Source: Candidatus Bathyarchaeota archaeon
Lineage (GTDB): Archaea; Thermoproteota; Bathyarchaeia; Bathyarchaeales; Bathycorpusculaceae
NCBI GenBank assembly: GCA_963733095.1
Contig: CAVTBV010000001.1
Span: 32,001-96,000, forward strand
Reading direction: 5' to 3'
DNA: 64,000 nucleotides
Numbering within the stretch: the first letter of the stretch is position 1; the number at the start of each line of letters is the position of its first letter. The notes under the pieces were generated by a model. The model had not been told where the DNA came from. It saw only the letters and a program-made list of their open reading frames with translations, and did no database searches. A program made the position numbers and the translations under genes. Below are positions 19,093 to 29,269 of the stretch, in pieces.

Positions 19093-20868
19093 GCCTTCTG
19101 TTCCAAAGATTGGAGCGATGAGGTGTTTTGCTTTAATGATTGCTTTGTCTACCAAAGTGGTCACTGACTTTAAGCGTTCCTCGCCGATAACTCTGACTTT
19201 AGGCACCACAAAATGCAGGTACCCCGCCGTCGAAGCTTCAAGATTTGCCTCGGCGTTTTTTGCTGCCTCGTTGATGTAGTTTATTAGCAGTTTGTGGTCC
19301 ATGACTTCGCCGACTGGATGGTACCCACGGCGCCCAGTGACAGATGCAGTCACCGAATGAGTGTCAGTTGTGAAGACTTCGCTTAAGTCAAAGCCCATGC
19401 CAGCCAATGAGTCGAGAATGGTTTCCCGAAGTCCAGGAATCATGTTGTTTCCGTCGATGATTACGTAGGCGGTTTTCTGTTTTTCCACCTCTACCACTAT
19501 TGATGTTATTCCGCCCGCACCCATTCCACCTTTAAGGTTAAATTCGGTTGGAAACACCGTAGCTGAGCCGACTTTGAAGGGTTTAGTTGGTAATGAAAGG
19601 GCTTTTTGGAGACATTTCGACGCCGCCACCTTTAACTCGTCAAGATGTTCAGCCGTGTCGATGACTGTGGTTAAGCAGTTATGAGTGTTCACGACCACGG
19701 CGTTCTTGAGTCCGAGAGTTTTTGCTTCCTCGCTGACGATGCGGCCTAACTCTTGGGGTAAATCTTCTGTTGTGTTAGGAGCCAGCGAGAAGGAGAGGAA
19801 GGCGGTGTCTCCGAAAATCTGGCAGGAAGCCGTGGCTGTACCTTCTTTGACGCGAACAAGATGGGACGCTTGTGCATCTTGGGCGTCAAATTTGGCGGAA
19901 TCTACTGTTTGAGCGATTATTTTTCTATTCTGTACTTGCGAAGCTAAGTCAAGTTCATGACCCAGTATGCCTAAGGGAACGCAGGCGTTGCCGCCGAATT
20001 CTTGCTCGTAGCCTTTCTTCAAGAGTGAGGGCAGAAGGCTACTTCCAATGTTCTTGAATGGTCCAGGATGTACCTGTGGAACGATTACGGCTGCTTTGGG
20101 TTTTGAGGCGGCGTCAAACTTTAGCAGTGTAACTTCAATGTCTGCATTAGTACCCATTGTTTCGAGGTGTTTTTCGAGGGGTTCGTTTTGGTCGGTGACC
20201 CAGTTGAGTAGAAAGGCTCTAAACAGGGGCAATGCTGGTAGGGAGTAGGTTCTGCCTAAACGGTCGATTGAGGATAGCAGCAAATAAACCGCGGTATACC
20301 CGATTATGGGCGAGAACACTGCGAAGAGTAAAACTTGCAAGACAACTGCGCTTGAGATACCCATCCAAAAAATCGCAAACGCTGCTATGGATAGAACAGG
20401 CCCGAGCAAGATGGATAGCGCCTGCCGCCATGTGGATGCCGAGGAAGTTGCGTTGAATGCGAGGAAGCGAAGGGTTACAACTGCAGCAAACCCCAAGAGC
20501 GTAAGTTTGACCCAGAGAAGCCAGCTGAAGGCATAGCTTAAGCCTACGCCTAAAACGATGAAGACCAGCCAGATTACCCAGCAGACTAATGACAAGGCGA
20601 GGGTTCGTCTCATCGAAAAGATGGGGTCGCTTTTGAGGATTAATTTGCTTACGATTGTGTCGGTTATGTACGTGATGGCGAAGAGGGAAATGCCCAGTGC
20701 CAAAGTGCCCAGCGAGGGAAAGAGTAGGAGGGTGGTCAGGTTGACGGCGATTATGCAGGTTGCGGCGACTGCTAAGAGTGCTGTTTTGTATGATGGAAGG
20801 GAAAACATGGAGGAATAGTGTTTGGTTGCCCTGTCCATAGATTGGTTTAAGGAACTCTCTTTCGCCAT
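19060..20868 (-). CDS. DUF2070 family membrane protein
   Basis: N-terminal TM helices; VHPGPF, HELDL, HNC, DGNN and TTDTH motifs. Confidence 0.8.
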   Translation of the reverse strand: MAKESSLNQSMDRATKHYSSMFSLPSYKTALLAVAATCIIAVNLTTLLLFPSLGTLALGISLFAITYITDTIVSKLILKSDPIFSMRRTLALSLVCWVIWLVFIVLGVGLSYAFSWLLWVKLTLLGFAAVVTLRFLAFNATSSASTWRQALSILLGPVLSIAAFAIFWMGISSAVVLQVLLFAVFSPIIGYTAVYLLLSSIDRLGRTYSLPALPLFRAFLLNWVTDQNEPLEKHLETMGTNADIEVTLLKFDAASKPKAAVIVPQVHPGPFKNIGSSLLPSLLKKGYEQEFGGNACVPLGILGHELDLASQVQNRKIIAQTVDSAKFDAQDAQASHLVRVKEGTATASCQIFGDTAFLSFSLAPNTTEDLPQELGRIVSEEAKTLGLKNAVVVNTHNCLTTVIDTAEHLDELKVAASKCLQKALSLPTKPFKVGSATVFPTEFNLKGGMGAGGITSIVVEVEKQKTAYVIIDGNNMIPGLRETILDSLAGMGFDLSEVFTTDTHSVTASVTGRRGYHPVGEVMDHKLLINYINEAAKNAEANLEASTAGYLHFVVPKVRVIGEERLKSVTTLVDKAIIKAKHLIAPIFGTEGLLLIILLLLL

Positions 20869-21113
20869 AAGACGTCAAAGTATGAAACTGGATAGCCATA
20901 TTAAAATTTAGCTAACTTGATACTTGCGTCAGAGAACACAAAAGACATTTATTTGATTAACATAAAAATGTCAAAGGTTGATTTTTGCATAAAAAAAGGC
21001 TAAGTGCAAAGCCAATACCACTGGATATGAGACTTTGAGCCTATAAAGCAACATATGGCTGCAGGGGAACCGTTTTATGTTTAGAGGCACAATCATATTA
21101 ACTTGCGAAGTTT

Positions 21114-21404
21114 ATGCCCGATCAAGATTTGCCCCCATCGATCTTCCACATGCTGGAGAAAAACTTGGGCAAAAAAATCAGAGTAATTTTAGACCCAGCT
21201 TACGGATTCGAAGGAACCTTAACCGCGGTAACGCATGAACCGTCAGGAATCTGGCTTTCCGATGCTGAAGCAATCGTTTTAAGGTCAACGATTGCGCAGC
21301 CTATCCCGCAGGTTGCAAGCCGAGAAGAAAGAAGCGAGTTATTTCTCCATCTAAATTCAGTTCAAAGAATAGAAGTCTTGCATCCAACACCCGCAAGACG
21401 ATAA
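21114..21404 (+). CDS. Divergent Sm/LSm-like protein
   Basis: LEKNLGKKIRVILD..FEGTL...IWLSDA and LFLHLNSVQRI resemble Sm1/Sm2 motifs. Confidence 0.55.
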   Translation: MPDQDLPPSIFHMLEKNLGKKIRVILDPAYGFEGTLTAVTHEPSGIWLSDAEAIVLRSTIAQPIPQVASREERSELFLHLNSVQRIEVLHPTPARR

Positions 21405-21410
21405 AAAAAA

Positions 21411-21587
21411 TTATACTGGGAAGAAGACTTTTGCGAGAACGGATACGACTATAAGTGAAACCGAAAAGACCACGAGCAATTCAGGACGGATTTTGACGCC
21501 TTCGGTCTCTTCTTCAAAGAACCTAAGCAAACCTGCACTTGCGGCAGGCATTGGACCGGTATCTTTCTTTTTCCTTCTTCCGCTCAT
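21411..21587 (-). CDS. secG: Preprotein translocase subunit Sec61beta/SecG (58 aa, absent from ORF track)
   Basis: Translated by hand: MSGRRKKKDTGPMPAASAGLLRFFEEETEGVKIRPELLVVFSVSLIVVSVLAKVFFPV; AGL.RFF.E motif followed by one TM helix. Confidence 0.9.
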   Translation of the reverse strand: MSGRRKKKDTGPMPAASAGLLRFFEEETEGVKIRPELLVVFSVSLIVVSVLAKVFFPV

Positions 21588-21699
21588 CAAATATCCCTAT
21601 CCAAGTTAATGTGATACATGCCTTATATTTTCTTAGCTAATTAATCTTGCGCCAAACTAAGAAAACTTCCACTTAAAATTCGGCTGTATTCCCCGAGTG

Positions 21700-21747
21700 C
21701 CTATTGGAAATTAATAGGATATCATTGCAAAAACCTGTAGAGGGTAG
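21700..21747. repeat. Degenerate partial third copy of the dispersed element
   Basis: CCTATTGGAAATTAATAGG...TGCAAAAAC..TAGAGGGTA resembles the reverse complement of 36245-36292. Confidence 0.4.
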
Positions 21748-21900
21748 GTGCCATAACATTTTCAGAACCAATAGATCAAAGTTAGTTTTTGACACTTAGG
21801 ACATTTTTTTGGATTTTTGTATACGGAAGCATCAACCAAACCAAGCAAAATCAGCTTCAACTTTATAACCGCCAAAAACACCCTCTCTGTCGTGAGCTAT

Positions 21901-22188
21901 ATGGAAATCCATAGATTCCAAGAAATGATGAAACGCCTCTACTATAAACGCGACCGCGAACGGGGAATAGATGGCACCTTCAACTGGTTAGTCGACGAAG
22001 TTCACGAATTAGGTGCCGAACTCAAAGGTTCAGATAGAGAAGCCACCGAAAAAGAGTTCGCCGACGTCTTCGCATGGCTTGCATCGCTTGCTAACATAAT
22101 GGGAATAGACCTTGAACGTGCAGCCCTGAACAAATACAACAACAAATGCCCAAAATGCCAAAGCTCACCCTGCGCTTGCACATTCTAA
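21901..22188 (+). CDS. MazG-like nucleotide pyrophosphohydrolase
   Basis: WLVDEVHEL...EFADVFAWLASLAN; C-terminal CPKC..PCAC; start placed at ATG 21901. Confidence 0.85.
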   Translation: MEIHRFQEMMKRLYYKRDRERGIDGTFNWLVDEVHELGAELKGSDREATEKEFADVFAWLASLANIMGIDLERAALNKYNNKCPKCQSSPCACTF

Positions 22189-22481
22189 TCCAGACGCTTC
22201 TGACCTAAACCCGTTGCCAACCAAACATACCGCCCGCTGCCCTTACGGGCGACGGTGCCTTCGTTCTTCAGCAACCTAAGATGATAAACAACCACACCAT
22301 AAGACAAGGCAGTCTGTTTAGCAATCTTGGAAGCACTACAACCTTGCTTTTCGAGCAAGACCAAGATTTTTGATCGCGCCTTAAGACCACACTTTACGTT
22401 TCGTATGTTCTTTAAGTAGGCGTTAGGATGCAGGGTTTCCTTGATGGTCTCTTCACCGCTAAGCAAATGTACAGTCTGCAT
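22185..22481 (-). CDS. Small winged-helix (ArsR-like) DNA-binding protein
   Basis: RSKILVLL...SKIAKQTALSYGVVVYHLRLLKNEG. Confidence 0.7.
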   Translation of the reverse strand: MQTVHLLSGEETIKETLHPNAYLKNIRNVKCGLKARSKILVLLEKQGCSASKIAKQTALSYGVVVYHLRLLKNEGTVARKGSGRYVWLATGLGQKRLD

Positions 22482-22495
22482 TGAAAAGCTTTAGT

Positions 22496-25400
22496 CTAAT
22501 TAAAATCAAAAAGCTTGGCTTGCTTTGGCTTTTTATTGTCAAACATGGTAGCTATCTCTTCCTTGATTAAGTCCATGCGTTGTGTGTAGTATTTTGGCAA
22601 ACCGTACTTGTCAACTAGTTCCTGCGCTGCGACAAGATACTTTTCTATTCCGCCACGATAAACGGTAAGCGTAAGTTTTCCACCGCAAAAGGGGCATTTT
22701 CCTTTTAGGGGCAAGCGACGAAACTTTTTGTTACAAGACTTGCACCTAAATCCCTGCGTTGAGAAAGCCCGCATGTTCCCAGCAATGTCACGCATGAAAT
22801 GTGTGTTCAAAACTTTCAGCGCCACACGCCTAGCATCAACAGCATCGATCTTTTCACCCAGCTCCAACTGCATGTGGAGCTTATCTATCATGGATTTGAA
22901 TTCTTTGTAGGAGCTGTTGGCGTTTCCGAGGTTGATGTTTGTGCAGGGGGTCGTGTATTGGAAGCCTTCGAATTGTGCTTCTGTGCCTAATCGGTGGCTT
23001 ATGACATCCATCATGGCGCTGGCGGGTCTAGCGTCAAACTTTTCTTGGGTTTTCTTGTAGAATTCAAGGGGGTAGGTGGCGCTAACGTCGAAATCGTGGG
23101 CTTGGCGCTGGACCTCCTTGGTGTTGACGAAGGGAATGAGCAAAATGGGGGCATCCATAATTCCGCCTATCTGCGCAGGCAAAAACACTCTTGAAAAGTT
23201 AAGAAGTGTATCCAAGGCAAGCATGATGGCGTCTTCGTCGCCGTCACAATCCCGACGTTTCGCAGAATGCCAAACTGGATGAGCATAAATCACATTACGG
23301 TCAGTGAAGCCGACCACTCTGCCCAAAATGCATGCACACGTGTGAGGAGCCAACCCAAAAAGCAAGTGACCAACCAAATCTTCAGCTTTTTTGACATTGT
23401 AGTATGCGGGTTGTTTGTAGACGCGCAAAAGGAGGTCATCGATGAAAGCTGCGATTTGGACAAAATAGTCTGCTGCACGCCAAGGAATAACGACGTCTTG
23501 GATTTTTAGTTCGCAGACTTGATTAGGATCAGATAGGGGCAGGCCATGCGCATCAGCCAAATAACCCATTTGATGCATCTTTTCGACAGAGACTCCAACC
23601 TCGAATGGTGTGATATGCGTCAATGGGGCATTTGTGGCGTCAAAACGTATGGTACCATCCTTGTAAACTGAGAGCCCATGCTTTGCCCTCAAGACACCCT
23701 TTTCGATGCTTTCAGGGGTTTTATCGAGATTTGTTAGACCCTTAACACCACGCAACATTTTAGGAGCGGGGTAGCCAAGGTCTCGGCTGGCGGTTTCGAT
23801 TAACTCTTTGAAGTTGATGGGTTGACGCTGATACATGATGCCGTCGGTCTTGCAGGTTGGGCAAACAACGTCTCTTACGGTTCTGCCGCATCTTGGACAA
23901 AACTTCTCAGATATTGTTTCGCATTCACAGGTAGGACATTTGACTTTTATGGTGTAGCTTTTGCAGTTGGGGCATTTACGCTTAGCCAACTCAACAAAGA
24001 CGGGTCCTTGCCGCGAGGCTTCCACGAGGTCTCGATGTGAACCTCCCTTCAAACCGACTGGAAATAATACATGGACAAGGGGCTTCATCTCTCTATGTTT
24101 TGCTTTTTCTGGTCTTCCCATTCGCCCTCCCACATAGGTTGGGGCTTTATCTTTGATTTGCACACCCGAGAGCAGGCTCAGCATTTCCAGAACAGAACTT
24201 GCTTGAACAGCATCGTTTTTGCCAAAGCCAAGAGAAAACGCAAAGGCAGCTGCATCCTCACTCACCAGAGTGATTTTTCCGTCTGCCATTTTGTGTTGCA
24301 CAAAGATTTTTCGAAGGATACTTACCACTGCATCGTTAGCGTCTCCCTTTATTTTGCTTGCAAAGCCATCTTCCACTGTTACCTCGCAGGATTGCAGCCA
24401 CTTTCTCAGCATCTCGACGTCTTGAACGTCACATAGGTTTCCCCAAAATAAGGTACTACTCGGAGCAAGCGGGATATCTAAACAGGAACTCAATGTCACA
24501 GATTCTTTGATGTTTGATTTGTTCACAAATGGATCCAACAGGAAACTCTCTATCTTCTCTTTGGAAAGGTTTGTTGCTTGAGCAACCTTCCGACAATCCG
24601 AACCATACTTTGCTTGGATAGCGCTTTGGAGGTCTTTTGCCCACCATTCCTCCACGTATCCCGAAGGGGGAAGCGGTTTGTTGCAATAGAGGAAATCGCC
24701 AAAATCTATTAGCATATCTCCCAAGAACAGGATTTTTTTAACCTTGCCTTTTACCTCTGCATAGCTTTCGAGCGACACCCGAACAACAGAGTCATCCTTG
24801 AGCAAAACGACGGGTTTTTCAACGCTATCTACAGGCATCGTGACGCCGCCTTTGCCAGGCAACTCAAGACGCATCTGTGTGCCCGCTGCAAGGAAACTTT
24901 CAACCACAAGCATCGTGGCAGGATGAATCCCTACAGCTGAGAGCCCAGTGTTCCGTGACCTACCATACCTTAGGCGAAAACCGCCCCGTGTGGAGGGAAA
25001 AGCGAAAATGGGCCTGCCAGCAATCACATCATCCATAAACCCGCCTGATTTCTTCTCAGATTTCTTTTTGAAATTCTTGAGCCATTCCCAACCTTGAAAG
25101 CCCAGCTTATCAATTATCACATAGACTTTCTGGGCACGCCCCACGATTCCGTCGTTGACAACTCGCAACGCTCCACCTCTGACACGGTTGGTTTCCACTC
25201 TTTCCAAGTTCCGATATGACGAAACTTCAACGGGGTCTGATTCCGTTCCTGTACATTCAACCGGGATTAGGTTGAGAGCTTTTCTTAGTTCTTCGTCAGG
25301 TATATGATATTGAAAACGTCCTACTGAGCGTTCGTAGAGTCTTAGTTCTTCGATGAAGCGGGAGACTTCTTCCTCGGTGGGTTTGTACTTGTCTAAATTT

Positions 25401-25900
25401 AGCTGTCGGCGTACGTAGTCGCCTACTACAAGGGTTAAGGCTTGATCCGTTCCGCCCGCTGAACGGATTGGCCCAGCAAAGTAAACCCCTAAGTAGCGGG
25501 TTCGGTCAGCGTTGGTTTTTATTTTAACTTGAGCTATACCCTGAATTGGCGCTGCAGTTAAGCCTTCAGTGAAGATTGCAAGCGCCGTTCTAATGGCCTG
25601 CTCAGCCATTTTCTCAGGATTCTCCTCGCTGCCAAATTTGCCCTGAGCGATTTCTTCGGCGACTTTGAAGGCTATTTCTTCCCTTGGCATCTTGGTGCTC
25701 CAATCCCTGATGCTCAGAGCAACACCTTTGGGTCCAACCAAGCCTTCCACTAAGTCTGCGATATCCTGGGCGATGATGCATTCGGTTTTTAGGGCTGGGT
25801 CTAAGCCTTTGGATCTGGCGCTGTCGCTTATCGAATATAACCGCTTAAGTTCAGTTTCCATTGTTTCGATGTAGTTTTGATAGCCCTTGCTGATTTTCAA
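22496..25900 (-). CDS. polC: DNA polymerase D large subunit DP2
   Basis: AGPIRSAGGT, GGFRLRYGRSRNTG, RMGRPEKAK, KRRDCDGDED, C-terminal Zn finger and PIP-like QAKLFDF. Confidence 0.97.
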   Translation of the reverse strand: MKISKGYQNYIETMETELKRLYSISDSARSKGLDPALKTECIIAQDIADLVEGLVGPKGVALSIRDWSTKMPREEIAFKVAEEIAQGKFGSEENPEKMAEQAIRTALAIFTEGLTAAPIQGIAQVKIKTNADRTRYLGVYFAGPIRSAGGTDQALTLVVGDYVRRQLNLDKYKPTEEEVSRFIEELRLYERSVGRFQYHIPDEELRKALNLIPVECTGTESDPVEVSSYRNLERVETNRVRGGALRVVNDGIVGRAQKVYVIIDKLGFQGWEWLKNFKKKSEKKSGGFMDDVIAGRPIFAFPSTRGGFRLRYGRSRNTGLSAVGIHPATMLVVESFLAAGTQMRLELPGKGGVTMPVDSVEKPVVLLKDDSVVRVSLESYAEVKGKVKKILFLGDMLIDFGDFLYCNKPLPPSGYVEEWWAKDLQSAIQAKYGSDCRKVAQATNLSKEKIESFLLDPFVNKSNIKESVTLSSCLDIPLAPSSTLFWGNLCDVQDVEMLRKWLQSCEVTVEDGFASKIKGDANDAVVSILRKIFVQHKMADGKITLVSEDAAAFAFSLGFGKNDAVQASSVLEMLSLLSGVQIKDKAPTYVGGRMGRPEKAKHREMKPLVHVLFPVGLKGGSHRDLVEASRQGPVFVELAKRKCPNCKSYTIKVKCPTCECETISEKFCPRCGRTVRDVVCPTCKTDGIMYQRQPINFKELIETASRDLGYPAPKMLRGVKGLTNLDKTPESIEKGVLRAKHGLSVYKDGTIRFDATNAPLTHITPFEVGVSVEKMHQMGYLADAHGLPLSDPNQVCELKIQDVVIPWRAADYFVQIAAFIDDLLLRVYKQPAYYNVKKAEDLVGHLLFGLAPHTCACILGRVVGFTDRNVIYAHPVWHSAKRRDCDGDEDAIMLALDTLLNFSRVFLPAQIGGIMDAPILLIPFVNTKEVQRQAHDFDVSATYPLEFYKKTQEKFDARPASAMMDVISHRLGTEAQFEGFQYTTPCTNINLGNANSSYKEFKSMIDKLHMQLELGEKIDAVDARRVALKVLNTHFMRDIAGNMRAFSTQGFRCKSCNKKFRRLPLKGKCPFCGGKLTLTVYRGGIEKYLVAAQELVDKYGLPKYYTQRMDLIKEEIATMFDNKKPKQAKLFDFN

Positions 25901-25979
25901 GTTTGTGACTCACCCGCAAGATATGGCTGGATGGGTTATTTTGGTTTTCTAAAAGAAACAGAAAAGCTTGAATGAAACT

Positions 25980-26744
25980 TTAGGACTTGATGCTCTTTAT
26001 GGCTTTGACGATTTCTGAAACCCGCTGTGCAGCATCGCTTGATTCGGTGACGTTCCCTGTGACGATTACGTCTGCACCCGCTGAAGCTGCGACTAACGCT
26101 TGCTCCTTGGTTTTTATTCCACCGCCAACGATTAAGGGAATATCAATCAGATGTTTGACTGCCCGAATCATTTCAGAGGGAACAGGGTGTGCCGCTCCCG
26201 AGCCGCCTTCAAGATAGATGAAACGCATTCCAAGGTATTGTCCTGCGAGGGCATGTGCAGCTGCAAGGTCAGGCTTGTTGTAGGGTACGGTGATTGCTTT
26301 GCCCACTATGCCAGCGGTACCTCCGTCTCCAACGATTATGTAACCCATAGAAATCGGTTCTAAGCCATATTTCTTGACTAGTGGAGCGCCCAAGATTTGT
26401 GCGCCTATCAAAAAGTAGGGGTCAACAGAGTTTAGCAGGGACATGAACCATATTGCGTCTGCGTGGCAACTTATGCCTGTGACGTTGTTAGGAAATAGAA
26501 TTGTGGGAAGGTCTATTTTGGATTTGATGGCTTTAACCACTTCGTTTAGATGATTCTCAGAAACAAAGGTAGAGCCACCAATCATTATGGCTGTGGTGCC
26601 GCTATTCTTGGAGCTTTCAGCAATCCGCGAAGCATCCTTAGCCGAAACCTTTTCGGGGTCTATGAGGGTTATATGGATTGAACCATCAGTTTTTATTTTT
26701 TCAAGCAAGTACCGTTCAATAGGCCCTAGCATGGTATCCTTCAA
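25980..26744 (-). CDS. Geranylgeranylglyceryl phosphate synthase
   Basis: TLIDPEK, IMIGGST, YLEGGSGA and VGGGIK motifs. Confidence 0.93.
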   Translation of the reverse strand: MKDTMLGPIERYLLEKIKTDGSIHITLIDPEKVSAKDASRIAESSKNSGTTAIMIGGSTFVSENHLNEVVKAIKSKIDLPTILFPNNVTGISCHADAIWFMSLLNSVDPYFLIGAQILGAPLVKKYGLEPISMGYIIVGDGGTAGIVGKAITVPYNKPDLAAAHALAGQYLGMRFIYLEGGSGAAHPVPSEMIRAVKHLIDIPLIVGGGIKTKEQALVAASAGADVIVTGNVTESSDAAQRVSEIVKAIKSIKS

Positions 26745-27014
26745 CTACTCTTTTTTAACGCTTGTTACAGGCGTTCGTTTTTGTGTGCCGTAAACGCGGT
26801 CGGTTAACATACAGTAAACGTCAACTTCGCCCTGCGCAGATTTAATTGGAAATTCTTCTTTAAGACCACAACTGCTACATTGTGCAATAGAATGTCCGCC
26901 GTCTTCTCTGGAAATTTCCACTCGCACGGTTTCTTTTCCGCATTTAGGGCAAGAGAAGAATTTAGGTAACCGTTTCTTGGGAATATGAACAACTTTTTTC
27001 CTTCTTCGCCCCAT
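26745..27014 (-). CDS. elf1: Transcription elongation factor Elf1 homolog
   Basis: MGRRRKK..LPKFFSCPKC...CSSC...VDVYC. Confidence 0.88.
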   Translation of the reverse strand: MGRRRKKVVHIPKKRLPKFFSCPKCGKETVRVEISREDGGHSIAQCSSCGLKEEFPIKSAQGEVDVYCMLTDRVYGTQKRTPVTSVKKE

Positions 27015-27112
27015 ACAATAACCTTCTACATCGTCTGGTAATGTTCATTAGTATTTATGCTTGTCCTTAAATACTTGCCTACTAACCATCAATATTGAGG
27101 CTGCATTCGTAA

Positions 27113-27955
27113 GTGAAGTTGACACCTTCCCTGTTAGAGATAGATTTTTCTGAGACACAAAAAAGAATTTGTCGTTTCATCAAAGAATACGTCGAGAACG
27201 CTGGGGCCAAAGGAATCGTGCTTGGGCTCTCAGGAGGAATCGACAGTGGAACCATAGCGGCCCTGTCAAGCCTTGCCATCGGAGGCGAAAACGTTTTAGG
27301 GCTTATGCTGCCAGAGAAAGAGAATTTCAAACAAAAAGACATCGATGACGCCAAGGTTGTAGCTGAGCAGTTTCATTTGCAAACGCAGGTCTGTGAAATG
27401 TCAGATGCCGTCAGCGGCCTCTATAGAGCTATTCCTGTATTTGACCAATCTGACAGACTAAGCAAAGGCAACGTTAAAGCAAGAACAAGAATGATCTACC
27501 TCTACTACTATGCTAACAAACAAAACCGAATAGTCTGCGGCAGCTCCGATAAATCCGAAACAATGATGGGTTACTTCACCAAGTGGGGAGACGCCGCAGC
27601 CGACGTATCGCCAATCATGGATTTGTACAAGACACAAGTTCGCAAACTCGCAATCCATTTAGGAATCCCAAAACAATTGGCGTTGAAGCCTTCTACTCCT
27701 GCGCTTTGGCCAAATCAATTAGCGGAGTCTGAACTTGGGATCAAGTATGAGACGTTGGACCTTATTCTCTGGGGACTCGAGCGATTTATGGCAATTGAGG
27801 ATATTGCCGAACAATTAGGCGTTGAGAAAGCCCTTGTTAATAATGTACAGAAGAGATGGCTCGCAAATGAACATAAGAGAAGAATGCCCCTAGCCCCTAA
27901 AATTGGGTATCGAACCGTGGGAAACGATTTTAGGCTTCCAAGACACACATATTGA
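27113..27955 (+). CDS. nadE: NAD+ synthetase
   Basis: GLSGGIDS, GNVKARTRM, GYFTKWGD and DLYKTQV motifs. Confidence 0.95.
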   Translation: MKLTPSLLEIDFSETQKRICRFIKEYVENAGAKGIVLGLSGGIDSGTIAALSSLAIGGENVLGLMLPEKENFKQKDIDDAKVVAEQFHLQTQVCEMSDAVSGLYRAIPVFDQSDRLSKGNVKARTRMIYLYYYANKQNRIVCGSSDKSETMMGYFTKWGDAAADVSPIMDLYKTQVRKLAIHLGIPKQLALKPSTPALWPNQLAESELGIKYETLDLILWGLERFMAIEDIAEQLGVEKALVNNVQKRWLANEHKRRMPLAPKIGYRTVGNDFRLPRHTY

Positions 27956-27967
27956 AAGTGGAACTGC

Positions 27968-28801
27968 ATGAAAGATAAAATTAGGCTTGCTCTCTGTCAG
28001 ATAAGCAGCAAAAGGGAAAACAAACAAGAAAACCTAAAGAAAATAGAAGAACTCACCTTAAAGGCAAAGGAGCAAGGAGCAGACTTAGCAATTTTCCCAG
28101 AGATGTCGCTGACAGGGTATGTGCTCCACGATCAAGTCTACGAGTTAGCAGAAACCATACCTGGTCCAACGGTGGGAAAAGTTGAAGCTTTAACGAAGAC
28201 AACAGGCATGCACGTCATCTTTGGAATGCCTGAGCTGAGCGAGAAAACCCAAGCGACAGTTTTCAACACAGCAGTTTTTGTTGGACCCAGAGGTTTAATC
28301 GGAAAATACCGCAAGATGTACCTTCCAACGCACAGCGTGTTCGAGGAAAAAAGGTACTTCCGGCCAGGATATGAGGCAGCGGGGTTCCAGACTGACATTG
28401 GAAACATCGGATTGTCCATTTGCTATGATGTTTTCTTTCCAGAAGTCTATAGGCTTACACGCCTTAAGGGTGCACAGCTTATGGTTTGTATATCTGCTTC
28501 TCCAGCGGTACGTAGGGGGTACTTTGAAATCCTGACTTCCGCTCGAGCACTGGAGAACACAGCGTTTCTTGCGTATGTTAACCTTGCGGGAGTTGAGGAT
28601 GGATTGCAATTTTGGGGCGGAAGCAGACTTGTAGGTCCAACGGGCGATGTTGTAGCTAAGGCAATGTACGATGAAGAGGATCTTGTTGTCTGCGATGTTG
28701 ATTTTGGCGATTTGAGGTCAGCTGAAACGTTTATTCCAACGATTCGTGACTTGCGTCCTGAACTCTTTGATAAACTAAAGGAATATTCTGAGAAAATATA
28801 G
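27968..28801 (+). CDS. Carbon-nitrogen hydrolase (nitrilase family)
   Basis: FPEM, YRKMYLP and ICYD supply the E-K-C triad. Confidence 0.9.
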   Translation: MKDKIRLALCQISSKRENKQENLKKIEELTLKAKEQGADLAIFPEMSLTGYVLHDQVYELAETIPGPTVGKVEALTKTTGMHVIFGMPELSEKTQATVFNTAVFVGPRGLIGKYRKMYLPTHSVFEEKRYFRPGYEAAGFQTDIGNIGLSICYDVFFPEVYRLTRLKGAQLMVCISASPAVRRGYFEILTSARALENTAFLAYVNLAGVEDGLQFWGGSRLVGPTGDVVAKAMYDEEDLVVCDVDFGDLRSAETFIPTIRDLRPELFDKLKEYSEKI

Positions 28802-28804
28802 CGT

Positions 28805-28930
28805 GTCACATCAATTCTTGGGTCATGGAGTTTGGAATCACAGATGTATCACAGCCCTGTGATATCAAGCTTTTTTATGAAGAAATCACGTAAATTGGTG
28901 ATGTCACGGGCTTTTTCGATTTAAATCACA
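28805..28930. repeat. RTCAC motif cluster (8 copies, both strands)
   Basis: Copies at about 28805, 28837, 28848, 28858, 28885, 28897, 28903 and 28925. Confidence 0.7.
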
Positions 28931-29269
28931 TTTTGATATAAGCTTGGTTTACAAGGTAATATACGGTAAAACTGTGTTTTGTTCGACATAAGTCCGTTAA
29001 ATTTTGCTTGAAACAGAGTAGGTGGTGTTTGTAAAAGTGCCTTTTTTATGTAAAGTTCTGCCTAAAAGCTGGATTTAATATCGAAGATTTTAGCCTTTTA
29101 AATGTTAATCAGCCAGAATTAACCGCAAATTAACCGAAAGCATTTGTTTTAGCTTTAATTTAGCAATCAATCAATAATTTAACCGTTAAATTGTAGCATT
29201 CATGGGTAGGGGCGCTCGGATAAAGGTTAAAAGTTAGGGTGAGTATACAAAATTGTATCCATTTCAAGC

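Noticed and set aside
22496-25900. Intein in PolD DP2 (also checked cdc6)
   Set aside because: Lengths are normal and the conserved motifs are contiguous, with no intein-like insertion
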